In this document: positions 49,601-62,171 of the stretch, in pieces | Layout: each line of letters starts with the position of its first letter | Position numbering within the stretch: the stretch's first letter is position 1 | DNA from: Takakia lepidozioides | Lineage: Eukaryota; Plantae; Bryophyta | Assembly: GCA_030704615.1 (NCBI GenBank) | Contig: CM060732.1 | Location: 50,716,001-50,780,000 of the forward strand | Direction of reading: 5' to 3' | DNA length: 64,000 bases | Position numbers and translations under genes: made by a program | Notes under the pieces: generated by a model | Database searches by the model: none | The model's input: only the letters and a program-made list of their open reading frames with translations | Told to the model about the DNA's origin: nothing

Positions 49601-52384
49601 GAAAACTGAAAATAAGGTGTATCACCTTCCATCGCCTTCATCTTCCCCCTTGTACATTCCCCCTTGGACATTCGAAGATTGACTCTAAGAGCATCTCCAC
49701 GGTGCCAATGTGTGGTTTTTGCTACCACATTATCAGCTTGTTGCTTAAAGTCCTACCGTCTAGGTACCGTCTCATGTCATTTGTTTTTGTAATTGGTAAA
49801 TGAGATAGGTCCGGAGACGTTATCCAAAGGAAAAAGATACCTCTGTTGGGCATTTCAACAACAATGGCTTTTTCAAAATATCAAAGGGCCAACAATTTGT
49901 ACACCGCATCGTTGTGAGCCTCCTTTATAAACAGCTTGTCTTTTACTTGTATCAATTTGTTTCAACATTTCAAGGGTTTTTCAATCTAGTTGTATCATAA
50001 TTGAATGAGAACAATCCTATAGGTTTGATGTCCGTGCTATAAGGAACTTGGTGCCCCCTCCAATGTCGCAATGGGGAGTTTCATTCAAGGCGAGTCTCTC
50101 TTTTACCCTCTAAGCTTTCTATTTGTAATTTTCTCTTGTGCTCTTTTGGATCTGTTGTTCTACAGTTCAAGGGGGGTCTCTGACAAAATAAATTTTCTTC
50201 TTCTACATATAATACAATTATGCTTTTATTTTCATGTTTTGTGCCTACGCTGCTAGTGCTATGTCTTGCATGTCTAATTGCAATAGCAGCTAGCTCACCA
50301 CCTTGCACACTTCACACAAAAGTTCACACAACTTCTGATGTTCATACACTCTTTGTCTTCTGACCAGTTGTTACAAATAAGGTCCCATGCCAGGGAAGAG
50401 AGGCCCAACTGTCTCTTGTGATTAACCCAGTGATAACTTTTCAAGAATTATAGGCTAGAGTTTAGGTCCACATCTCACCTAGTTAGAGCAACCAACTGGG
50501 TTTGATTTCAACTTTTAGCAATTTGCACCTTATGTTGCACGAATATCAATTTGTTCTTTGTAAAAAACCAAATCCGTGGATTTCAATGTGATCTCCACCG
50601 AAAACGAACTCAAACATGAATCCGCAAGACTAATTGTTCATTTCAAAAAACAAATTTAATTAGAGTAGAACACGTCTTAAATTCTTCTTCCTACTTGATT
50701 TGCATATTTGCCACCTTCTTCCTGGAATCTTTGGCGAAGTGATATGTTTTCTTATGATAAAAGTATTTCATTTTTTTCTTCAAAGAACTTGACAAGCATA
50801 TGACTCATGATGAACTACTTATAAGACTCATAGTACTAATCTTGTTTCCGTCCAACAAACATTTCTTTCAAAGTTTGTCTATCTTCCAAAAAATAGTGCA
50901 ATAATCTCAATTATTGTTCAAATGCATAAGTTCATGCACCTAATTTTGTCTTGACATGCAACAAAATACCAATTACCCTTCCAAGGATAAGACATTGTTG
51001 ACTGTTAAGAGAAACAACCAAACCGTTATAAGACTTTGGTAGACTGCCTAATAAAATAATTTCTTGATTAGATGATTCATCAAACATTAGAAACCCTACT
51101 TTTGCTAGCTGATCATCTACCGACGTCCTAAATTTTATTAATATGCAAATAGAATGTTAAGGGACAACTTGTTGTAACCACTACACAATGACTCAGATAT
51201 ATTATGATGCTTCATCTAGTCTTAACATAGACATGTTGAGTGGAATTGTTTTTCCTTCTACATGTACAAGTTTTTTTTTTCTCCATCTGAGCATGCAATA
51301 ATGGTGGAGATAGCTTGCAACACATCTTCATCATTCTATGAATCCCGATAGATTCTCGGTGATCAAATAAGCTACAATTATAGCAACAAAGAAAAGAGCT
51401 TAAATAGTTGGCTTAGGTAAGGAGAATCCTACCACCTTCTTCCTTCTATATCTTCTAGATTATTCATAGAAGCGTCATTCATGATTGCTTAACAAAATAA
51501 TCTTTCATTATTTTCATTCTTCGTCTAGCTTCCAAAAGTTGGCCTTCCACAAGCAACTTCCACCAACAGTCTTCCAAAAGTGTTCTCAAGATCCATTTTC
51601 CCAACATAGCATTACTATTGATCTAGGTTGTAGGGTTTAGTAATATTGGACAAGACTTCTTTCCTTTTTCTTTTAATTGAGACAAATATGAGACCAAGAA
51701 ATTGTAAATGTGGTTGATTGGGCAGGTGATTTAGCTACCATATGAATTCAAGACATTTATCTATTTATTTCCTATATGTGTGGAGGGTTGGGACTTGGGA
51801 CTCCAAACTCTCTTCAAATCATCCCAACCATTGACATTAGGGATGTTGCCCTTCCTTTGAGTGTTGAGGCACACACGTGCTGGCTGTTGGTCTCTTCTCT
51901 TACACGTCTATCACAATTGTCATACTAACTAAGAAGGCTCATTATAGCGACCCATGGAGCTTGCAAAACATGGAACAATTAGCAAATTGACATGTGAACC
52001 ATAGTACTTGCAGTAGCCCCAACACACCACATCTGTTTTTATCCAACATGCCTGACTCATGGCGTGAGGCTATGGATACATGGCAAAATATAGGTGTTTT
52101 ATATTGGTGAGATCATGAAGGAGGGATGAGAAGGAATAGATCTCTTGTTTTCATTTTGGGGTGTGCATGATGGACCTATCTTTCATTTATTTATTATCAT
52201 CGTCAAAACTTACAATTACCATTATGTGAATGAAACCAAGGCAACTGAAGAATGATTCTAGACCTAAGGCACATTAGGTCATCGCGTCTAGAAAGAAATA
52301 TCTTTTGCAGCTAGATTTATATAAGTTCGTGTTGCAGAGACTATATCTACAATATAACTTGAGAACTTAGCCTAACGAGCGAGC

Positions 52385-52927
52385 TCAATAAACATAACTT
52401 GGATAAAAGAGGTGAGATTCAACACTGAAGGTATAAGAATATGTATCCGTCTGGTTGTACGTCTTTATCAGTGCGTATCCCTGCGCCAATCTGAATTGCC
52501 CAGTTCCACCTACGACTGCAATTTCCCTCACAGGTTCTAGACCCTTATCATCACCATGATATGCAATAGTTCCATTGTACTTGTCCGTGAAAACAGCAGT
52601 GAACAATTGATGTATCTGGGGCGGCATAAAAACAGTGTTCGAGTACTGGCCTTGGGCAGTTCCCAATTTTCTAGAAGTTTCGCTTGGCCCCTCAGTAATG
52701 AGGTCGTTGACGATCACAAGACTGCCCTGCTGCAATGTTTTGGTGTTCCCACCAGGCCCGGCAACAATTACTGCCGTGTTGTTCTCAGCCTGCAACAGAT
52801 TGTCATGCACGTAGAACGTTATAACCTCCTTTCTTGGATTCATCGGCTGTGACTCGGTTGTTTGAAGTGATGCAAACAACATGAAGCATGCAAGGGCAAT
52901 TATGCTGACAGACTTGAATTCCATCAT
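52385..52927 (-). CDS. Dirigent protein (intronless, 180 aa), paralog of 36786-37349
   Basis: Signal peptide; FYVHD, GSLVIVNDLITEGP, LGTAQGQY, REIAVVGGTGQFRLAQGYA. Confidence 0.93.
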   Translation of the reverse strand: MMEFKSVSIIALACFMLFASLQTTESQPMNPRKEVITFYVHDNLLQAENNTAVIVAGPGGNTKTLQQGSLVIVNDLITEGPSETSRKLGTAQGQYSNTVFMPPQIHQLFTAVFTDKYNGTIAYHGDDKGLEPVREIAVVGGTGQFRLAQGYALIKTYNQTDTYSYTFSVESHLFYPSYVY

Positions 52928-55089
52928 GATTCTTCACGGCTCAGATGTAGTACTACACAAGAGTAAGAGTGACAGGGTGACTAGGTATTCCCTAGGTACT
53001 TGCCAGTACTTGTAATCTGATGTTGAGTCGCAATCAATTGCTAAGTTGTACCTCTTTTTGCTATGTTGCAAGTCTAGAGTCTATTTTCTGAAGTCTAACA
53101 TGAGATTCGCAATGGAGGACGAGTGCGTCTTCCCAAGAGCTGATCGTGAAGAAGAAATTGTGTGTGTGTTTCAGATGCTTCAAATTGGAACAAAAGAAGA
53201 GAATTTATACTGCCGATGGGCGGTTGGTGGAACTACAGTGATCTACGCTGAAATTTAAACAGTGGGCCCATTGACTGCGACACAAATCTACGCTCTGAAA
53301 TCCTCACGTGTACGAGACCAAGATGAGGGTGTGGGCCGCATCTTTGAACCGAGTTTGGAGTTGCACAGAAGTCTATGCTCATGTGATAGTTCTCAAATTA
53401 GTTCAAGTGCACGTTTTATTTGTAGTCGTCAATCCACTCCACCGAGTATTGAATACTGAGTCCAATAAAGGTCCCAAATTTTAAGGTCAAAAAAAGAGAG
53501 AGAAATGGAACTTCCAATGGGGAGGGAGGCCAGTGGGTGTTGGAATGGTTGATATTTGAGACCATAGAGGAGAGCATTAAAGTAGGATAGGTGCGGAGGT
53601 GAGGCGGTGTACTTGGATACATAGAAGATCTTGCACTTGGACTTAGATGACACTGGACACTTGGGCCAACGGTACAGGGCAAGTTCCACTAAAGGGCTAG
53701 CTTGTGGAGCCCACCAAAATAAGGTTGAGGCAAAAGTCAAAGTCATGTAGAAAGGATTGAACCCTCATCCTCTTTCATATACTCTATCAGGTGGTCCTGG
53801 TGTAGCCTTCTAGAAGGAGGCCCCAGTGCCTCATTCTACTTCTTTGGAAAGCTCTAGAGAGAGGGACCATGTCAAGGCCCAATTTTTTTTTTCCATTAAT
53901 TTATTGAGTAGTAATATATCTATTCATTATTGATATATCTCCCGTCGACTCCCAAGAAAGGCCACTTTGTGCCTTTGGCCCATGTATAAAAGAGTTGAAA
54001 TCTAAGACCAAGTACAATTTCTTATGTAACCAATGCGTCTCCTATGTCGAGGCCCAAGTGCTACCTCTAGGGTTCTGCTGTTGGCCCAATGGTCCAATGT
54101 CATCTAAGTCCAAATGCATTTTTTTTCCCACAGAGCCTACGACCAGATTTGAACCAGAGACCTTTCCGTTGATATCTCTCCTCTCGAGGCTCTAACCATT
54201 GTCCCAAGAATTCCACTTTGCTATTTTTTGGGAATTTCCAGCGACCCAAAGTACTCGAAATTCCACATCTCCCACACCGCAGGTCCAAAAATCATGAGAC
54301 CAAGCCCGTGCACCCCTCCTTGTCGAGGGCTTTTCCAATGGTATCAAGCACCTAGGGCTAGGGCCTCGCGGTTGGGGACATCTCAAATCTACAAAACAAA
54401 CAAAACAAAACAAACGTCTCGATTCATATATTGATATGTAGAACAATTTCACTCAAGAGGGATTCTCTTGAAGGCCCCAGAAAAAGAGATAGAAGGTTTG
54501 ACGAATAAGGTGGCATGGAAAGGGGTGTGGGTAGGGGTAATTTAGCTTCTGAGGTGTCAAGCAAAGCCAAAAAGAAGGGAGCAAATGGGCTGGGCCACCT
54601 GGGAATTCTGGGAATTTTGCAGTTGTTCGCTATCTCACCCACGGTTGTCGGGTGTAGTTGGTGGGCCCCATAGGTATATCCATATGTTATAGCCATCTCA
54701 CCCAAGGTAGGGTGTAATCGGTTAGCCCCTAGGATATAGTTGTTGGGCCCAATCTACAAGTAGGTATAGCCATTTGGTATAGCCATCTTCACTAGTTCAC
54801 TAGTTGACTTTCTAGATAGTTCTAGAGTAGGTATAGCCATGTGGTATAGCAATCTTCACTAGTTGACTTCTAGATAGTTCTATTATTGTCGGTGGGTTGA
54901 AAAACACCTCACTAGTGGTTGTGGCTAATGCAAGAATATACATGAGAGCATTGACAGGGTCCGGATAACATTGGGGCTTGGTGTGGGGCTTGGTGAAGTA
55001 CGGGGAAGAGTGGGTCAGGTGGGATCGCTGCTTGGGGCTCGTCTTCAAGGTGGAGCATTTGGGGCTGGTGAAGTAGGGTTGGGAGCACC

Positions 55090-55298
55090 GGGATCATCGT
55101 CGAGCTTCTCAACATGACTCAATTTCATACGGGTTCAACATCTACAATCCAAAACCCACAGTTTAGATATGTAATTCACTTTGCAAAGGGCTGGGCGCAC
55201 TGGGAACATCGTCGAGCTTCTCAACATGACTCAATTTCATACGGGTTCAATATTTACAATCCAAAACCCACAGTTTAGATATGTAATTCACTTTGCAA
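55090..55298. repeat. About 112-bp-period tandem duplication
   Basis: CATCGTCGAGCTTCTCAAC...GTAATTCACTTTGCAA occurs twice. Confidence 0.88.
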
Positions 55299-57179
55299 CT
55301 GTCTTTTTGCAATCATTGTAGTTTGTTGTATGGTAATTTAGATATCTACTTAACTGCTCTGCACTACTTTTGCAAATACCGTACTATGTTGCAACTTTTT
55401 GTATTTCTTTAAACTCTTTATATTTGTTCGCAGGATCATCCACTATTTGTCAATAAGTACCCCAATGCACATAGGTCGTCCCATATAAGTAAGTTAGTAT
55501 TAGGAATAACTAAGATGGTGAATGATTCTGGTGACATATGTGTAGCAATGCGCGCCCAATGAAGCGCTGCCATTAGGGGGGTGTGCAAACCCTGGCCCTT
55601 GCCCCTTGTAGGACCTTGCAGTCCCAAGGAATCCAAAGTGCTTATCAATGTAGTGTCAACTCGAGTAAGTAGATAAACCCTGAAAGGGTTAGAGTAGTAT
55701 GAGTGAGTGAGCTGAAGCTCCGTGGTGAGGAAGTCTAGAAGGAGCGCGGGGAATGGGAGTGTGCAAGTGAAAGTTTGTTTGTTGTTGTGGGTGTTTTGGG
55801 TGGTAGGTCTTGTGCATAGCGCTGGATGAGTCTGAAGACGTGTAGCTTTCCAGCAAAGTGTTTCAATGCCGGCACACACTGCTACATATTTCCACTCACT
55901 CAATACACAGACAACCTAGCAAACCTTTTTCCACGGTATGGGGATAATACCCTGCCAGCACCCTCTCTCTATCATATTTTCTAGGCCTGGGTTTGGCTTC
56001 GTATCTTTCCCACAACAATTCTGACAGTAGGATCAGTGAGCTTGGTATTCAGAGTCCCAGTCCTCAAATATCTCAGGCCAGTAGGTCTGAAGAACCCTCA
56101 GAGCAGTGTCAACTGTTGTTGCAAATGTCCCATGCAATTTGACAATTTTCCAGTGCTTGAGTTGCTGTAAATTCCATATGGATCCGTTAGGGCATTTGAT
56201 GAAACATTGAAAGCCTTCATCTCTGAAGGATACCACAGACATAGATCTGCAAGTCTCGCGGTGCACTTTCATTGAGAATGTAATCCTCACATGTCATGTC
56301 ACCAATATTGGCTCCCTGCTACGGATGCCTTCCTTATGGCAAGGGCATGGGGATATTGAAATCGCTCAAGATCATGCTGCCACCTTTTCGGAGAACGTTT
56401 CATCCCTGAGGTACCCCTAGTCGATATGCAATAGATAGAGATAATGGAGATAGACGGGCAGCAGTGCTCTTTCTAGCTACAACAATACATCTACATCAAA
56501 CTGTTGTGTTCCACTGTTTCAATCTACATCATGTGTTCATCAGACGGACTCCTGAACTATTTGTCCTCGTGAGATTGTATATCAAAACACACCACACACC
56601 GAAACAGCTTAAATCAGATATCAGCATGTCCAAAGATCGTACCATGCAAGCACATGTTCATGGTAACCTCTATATCTAAGGCTCAAAGTTTGTATTGTTT
56701 GCTAATACGAGTATTGTCTCCAATCTGTGGGTCTTTCTCCCTTCTTCCTGCTGTCAGGAGAGACATTACAGCTGAGGGATGCAGTATCAAATCTGTACTA
56801 ATAGAACTACCTTAAAGAAAGTCCCGTCCAATATGTTATGGCCCACTCAATTATCCCAGCATGCTTGATTGGACTTAGGCGGCTATTTTTACTTTAATGG
56901 CAGTACTCATGTCCCCAAATACTTCCATTGAAGAAGTGGGCAATGAAAAGCCATGGTTGCTGTGAAGTGGATGTTCAAACATGCCCACCAATTGGCATTG
57001 CAGAAGTTCCTTGAAAAGAGTTCAATTAGCTGTGGTCAGGGATTATTGTCCCTCATTTTTATGTGATGGTAGATGCTGGGGAAAGCTTGAGGGATTTGCA
57101 CAGTTGGGCTGGAGCAGATTGCATCTGCCATTGGTCACAGGTAGGTGGCAAGTTGATGTTTGACGGTTGATTCCTACCA

Positions 57180-58990
57180 TTACCGACGATCTCCACAAGA
57201 ACACACTCCATTGTTGAAGTGATGAAATCAGCTGGTGTCCCTTGCAACAATTTCTCTGTTGAAAAGTTTCGAGATGTATTCGAGATGCATACTCGGAGGT
57301 TCTTAGTTACATAGATAGATGATCCGGGGGGGGGGGGGGGGTGGCGATGAGCCCAAAAGCAATGGCCAGCTTTTCGCTGTGGTGGCAGAGATGCTGTTCC
57401 TTTAGGTGCTCTTCTAAGTCGTGCAGTACGAACTGTGTATCAGGCATAAATCCTGCCTCCTTCATCTTCTTAGTCAATCTTTCCAACTCTGCGTAAATCT
57501 CCTCGGTTTGTAGGTGTGATCTATCTTCTGCAACAAACTTGTGGATCTTGTTCTTGACTTCAATCCAGCTGTATCCCCGCTCTTTCTTCACACCTCTGTC
57601 CTCCATCATTTTCCTCACCTTCGCCACTTTCTCCCACCTACCAGCTGCAGCATAAATATTAGATAGCAGCACATACACTGCAGCATTGTGTGGTTCCAAC
57701 TTGAGAGCACATTCTGCACTCTGCTAGCCCAACATTGCCATGGATTCTGCAGGCACCAAGCAAGGCCCCCCACACTGAGGGACCTGGTCCAACTGGAAGT
57801 TGTCTTATGAAGTTATCTGCCTCAATCAAGCACCCTGAATGTCCAAACAGGTCAACCATGCAACCATAGTGCTCCGCCGTTGAGCGCATCCCCCGATCAT
57901 TGCGTTCCATGACACAACATCTCGTTGAGCCATTTTGTTGAACACCTGACGTGCATCAGTTACGCTCCCACATCTTGCATACATGTCAACAAGGGTGTTT
58001 TCCAGATTAACATCAGGTAAAATTCCACTTTTCCTGTTGTCGGCGTGGACCTTTTTGCCCATTTCTAGAGACCCTAGCCTGGCACACGACTTGAGAATGC
58101 AGATGAACGTGACTTTCTTGCGAGGCACCCCTTCATGTAGCATATGCTCATATGTCTGGTAGGCTTCCCTACCACACCCATGCATTGCATATCCTGGCGT
58201 TCCATGAGACCACATCTCGTAAAGTCATATTGTCAAACACTGCGCGCGCATCATTCACGCTCCCACTTTTGGCATACATGTTACCAAGGGCAGTCTCCAG
58301 AATGATATCTGGTCCAATTCCAGCCTTGATGATTTCATCATGGACTGCTTTGCCCTTTTCAAGGCCCCCTAGGCTGGCACAGGCATTCAGAGTGACCTTG
58401 TCTGGAGTCACCCCTTCCCTTTTCATTTGCTGAGACAATGAGAGCCTCCGCCCATGTTTGGCATATCCTGCTATCATTTCAGTCCATGCAAACAAACTTC
58501 GCTCAGGCATTTTCATAAACACTTGGTGTGCATCCACCATGCTCCCACACCTGGCATACATTTTGAAAAGGGTGCTGAGTAGAAAGGTGTTTGGCTTAAT
58601 CCACATTGGAGAATGTGGGCGTGAACCCGCTTTCCTTCTGCTAGATCTTTCAAGTTGATGCACTCCTGCAAGATGCAGATGTATGTCCTAGTGTCTACCT
58701 GAATGCCTCGTTGGTTCAAAATGTGCAGCGCTTCTTTATGCCGTCCTGCCTTACATAGTGTCTTTACATCCTTGTAAGTGCCATTGACTCCCTCTCTTGG
58801 TGGTCCTTCAAAAGCAGTGGGCTGGAGGAACTACCCCTGCTGCCAGCCTCAAGTCCAACAAACAGCTGTGCCTTGTAGGACCTTCCAATCCTGCATGACC
58901 ACTGCCCAAACGTCACCCTTTGCAGAGCCCAGTATGATCGCATGTAGACTCCGTCACTTGAATGCCCACACGGCAAACTGGTCCCCATTG
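57180..58990 (-). pseudogene. PLS-class PPR-E-DYW RNA-editing factor pseudogene
   Basis: PPR motifs ([18 protein letters not shown]...[10 protein letters not shown]), E domain ([28 protein letters not shown]), PG-box GVKKERGYSWIEV, HHSEKLAIAFGL, KNLRVC, FHHFNNGVCSCGD. Several frameshifts and deletions, CxxC lost, internal stop. Confidence 0.9.
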
Positions 58991-59931
58991 CCCTGCCCCT
59001 TGTGTCAAACTACACAGATGGCCTTTATACTCCACCACAACCACACCATTATTCCCCAGCACATTTACCATTTCGCAATACACACAGAGCTTCATGCTGC
59101 TACTATAAAGCTTCGTACCATTCTCACACGCATAAACGTACATATCGTAGCTCCTCTTTCGAAAATATTTCTTAACGTTACCACGCCACACCCATGTCAT
59201 AGCCCAAGCAAGCTCCTCCCCACACCTCTACACAAACAAGCCCAAACCTCCTCCCTTCTGTAGCTCAGCAAAGCAAGGCATACAGACCTCATACTATGAA
59301 ACACTTGAGCAATATAAATCTGCATTTTACAGGGGGACAAGTATTGTGCAACACCATATGTTTGCATTATGATCAATATCACACTCAAGTTTCTGCCTTA
59401 TCAACCGTCAGGACTGCTGATGCTACATACCTCCCCATTTCAACTGGTCCAATATGTGGCAATTCCCGCCGGTGTTCGATGCTGTACCCCTGCATGATAT
59501 TCCTACCTCGCGCTAACACCATCAACTGCTTCCCACTGATCCTACTATCTGGTGATTGCAGCATGATATCCCTTACAGACCAGGCCTGCCACTATGCTAG
59601 CAAAATCAGAAACGTACAGGGCCTGGCCTGGGCAAACTTAGGCTCTGGCCATGAACTCCACTGCCCAATTAACGGACCCACCACGTCGCTACAGGACACA
59701 ATGTGCAAACACCGCCTCCCACTCAGGCCTGACATCAAGCAATCATGTACCCATCACAATCTAACATCTCCACCAGCAACCCATATGCCCACACAGCTCC
59801 AAGAACCCCCCAAGTGTAAGAGAGAGATTATATCCGACTGAATAATTTTTGCAAGAGAAGATGAAACAAGTACAAGGCAGGTTTGTGCCCCAGCCATTTT
59901 CCTAGATGAGATACTAAATTCCGCCTCCTGA

Positions 59932-60404
59932 CTAACGCTTAGAGAATTGAGGGGCCTTCCGCGCTTTATGCAAACCATATTTCTTTCTCTCGACGACGCG
60001 TGAATCCCGGGTCAGTAGCCCTTGCTTCTTTAGAGGATCCCGGTTAGCCTGGTTGGCAACAATCAACGCCCGTGCTATCCCTAGAAGAATTGCCTGTGCT
60101 TGAGCCGACAAGCCACCCCCTTGTGCCTTTACAATAGTGTCATACTTGCTCTCGTAGCCAAGGCTGGCCAGTGGGTACTTCACTGCTTGGAGCCAAACTG
60201 GATTCCCTTGCAAGTATTCCTGCACAGAGATGTTTCGGAACAGGTCAGCTGAGACCATACGGCCCCTCTATTTTCCCTCCAGAATGCTTACACCAGTCCC
60301 CACACTTTGGCTCCAAGTCAATGAAGTGCATAATACATTGGTGTACCCAGCTAAATATGTTAAAGACGGTTGTACCCATAAACCCCGTGGCCTAGATCGA
60401 GCTT

Positions 60405-60456
<52 letters not shown>

Positions 60457-60988
60457 AAGAAATAAATAAAGGAAAAGAAAAATATTATGTCCACAGCCAG
60501 GAGGATTCAAGGGACAGGGTAGAACAAAGTAAGGACTACTTCATGACACATCAAGTGTCGCCCTAAGACGAAGTGCCTCAAGCAGCTGAAGGCTACCGTC
60601 TAAGGGTTGGGAGAGAGAGACATACCTGTGCAGGGCGGTTATTAATGATAATCTGGCCAGTCCCATCAATCAAAACAACGCGAGCAACCGCACACTTACG
60701 CCTGCCAGTGCCCAGCAACCGCTGCGCCGCAAAACCCCCAGGCAAAGCTTGCTTCACCCACTGTTCCAAACTCTGCTTATCCTCAACAGCTGAAACTGGA
60801 GCCAATCCGGCCATGTCCGCCCGCAGAGAGAGAGAGGCCCCAGGGCTCACTCTCACAGGGGCGGCCTTCACAGCCGACTTCAAGCTCAGGCCTGAGAAAC
60901 CAGATTGCCCAACTCTCGCAATTGGTTTCTCCTGCAATGAGATGCAGGCGAAGGAGGTGGAAAGGAGAGCCACAGCCTGCCCTGCCAT
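59932..60988 (-). CDS. RPS9: Nuclear-encoded plastid 30S ribosomal protein S9 (uS9c), exons 60988-60626 and 60219-59932
   Basis: Ser/Ala-rich transit peptide; [12 protein letters not shown]; [18 protein letters not shown]; [29 protein letters not shown]; phase-0 GT-AG intron. Confidence 0.96.
60409..60452. repeat. (GA)n microsatellite in the RPS9 intron
   Basis: About 22 GA units. Confidence 0.95.
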
Positions 60989-61169
60989 GCCTGCTGTCGA
61001 CGAGCTTAGCCCACACAACCTTCCCTGCCTTGCTATGCCTGCCTCCAGCCCGTCTCGAATTTCATCCACATAACTTAGGCTTGGTTTCTTTGTTTGTTTA
61101 TTAGTCAATGTGCTCGTCCCATATGCTCCTAAGCTTACTTGGGTCCTCAAGAACTTCCTTTCAATCTTT

Positions 61170-61500
61170 CTCTGTTTTCCTACCTCATGTAGATGTAATA
61201 TATTTGTATAGAGGTTCATATCGGGAAGAGTGTTTAGAAATATCTTTGTATTTCTTTCTGAGGCATCATGTGGATATAATATATTTGTATAGAATGTCCA
61301 GGTGTAGAATATCTTTGTATTCCTCTGTAAGTCTACATGTGGATGTAATATATTTGTAGGAAATGTCTAGGTTCGAAATATCTTTGTATTCCTCCTGTGA
61401 GGCCTCATGTGGATGTAATATATTTGTACAAAATGTCGAGGTGCATATGAGGGAGAAACTAAGGGAAGAAATATCTTTGTTGACCTCCATATGGCCTGTA
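61170..61500. repeat. Degenerate ~70-80-bp tandem repeat (about 4 copies)
   Basis: CATGTGGATGTAATATATTTGTA...AATATCTTTGTA recurs. Confidence 0.75.
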
Positions 61501-61797
61501 GCATATTCGTACAAAATATGTAGATGGCCTCATTGTATAGAGTGTCCATGTGAACCATGGAGATTTTCATTTCAAGTTTCATTTCCCTGGGTGTAGCTTC
61601 TCCGGGTGAAGAAGTATTTAGTATACCTCCTTGTCGGTATACTAAATAGATACTAGGTATACTTAGACTAGTATACTACCCAAGACACTCAAAGAAAGTG
61701 ACAAGGAATTAGGTGACAGGATGAAGCTCCCTGTGCCAACTTTTGTTGGATTTCATGGAGTTTTCTTGAAACCAATGTTTACAACTCTGGAGCCACT

Positions 61798-62002
61798 CTA
61801 GTGTACGAGTTGTACACTAATATTTAGGCATCATAAATGTAGTGTTTGAGTTATACACTAATGTTTAGGCATCATAATCTAGTGTATGAGTTGTACACTA
61901 ATGTTAAGGCATCATAAATCTAGTGTATGAGTTGTACACTATTGTTTATGCATCATAAATCTAGTGTATGAGTTGTACACTGATATCTAGGCATCATAAA
62001 TC
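61798..62002. repeat. About 40-bp minisatellite (5 copies)
   Basis: CTAGTGTATGAGTTGTACACTAATGTT.AGGCATCATAAAT units with an internal AGTGTA...TACACT inverted repeat. Confidence 0.88.
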
Positions 62003-62171
62003 TACTAGTTAGCGAGGCTTTGAAGCTCACATTCTTTTCAGCCCTTGTAAACTTGTAAGAAAGGGGGGTCCTGGGTTAGCAGAAGTGGAAGTATGTGGTT
62101 GACTACAGTGAGCAACATTTCTCTCCATTTCCGAGTCTCCTGCGCACATATATATAACCCAAGATGGGTCT

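Noticed and set aside
57180-57620. U-to-C type DYW:KP editing factor
   Set aside because: It has a PG-type box (KKERGYSWIEV) and HSE rather than KPA...HAE; the odd terminus is more simply explained by decay.
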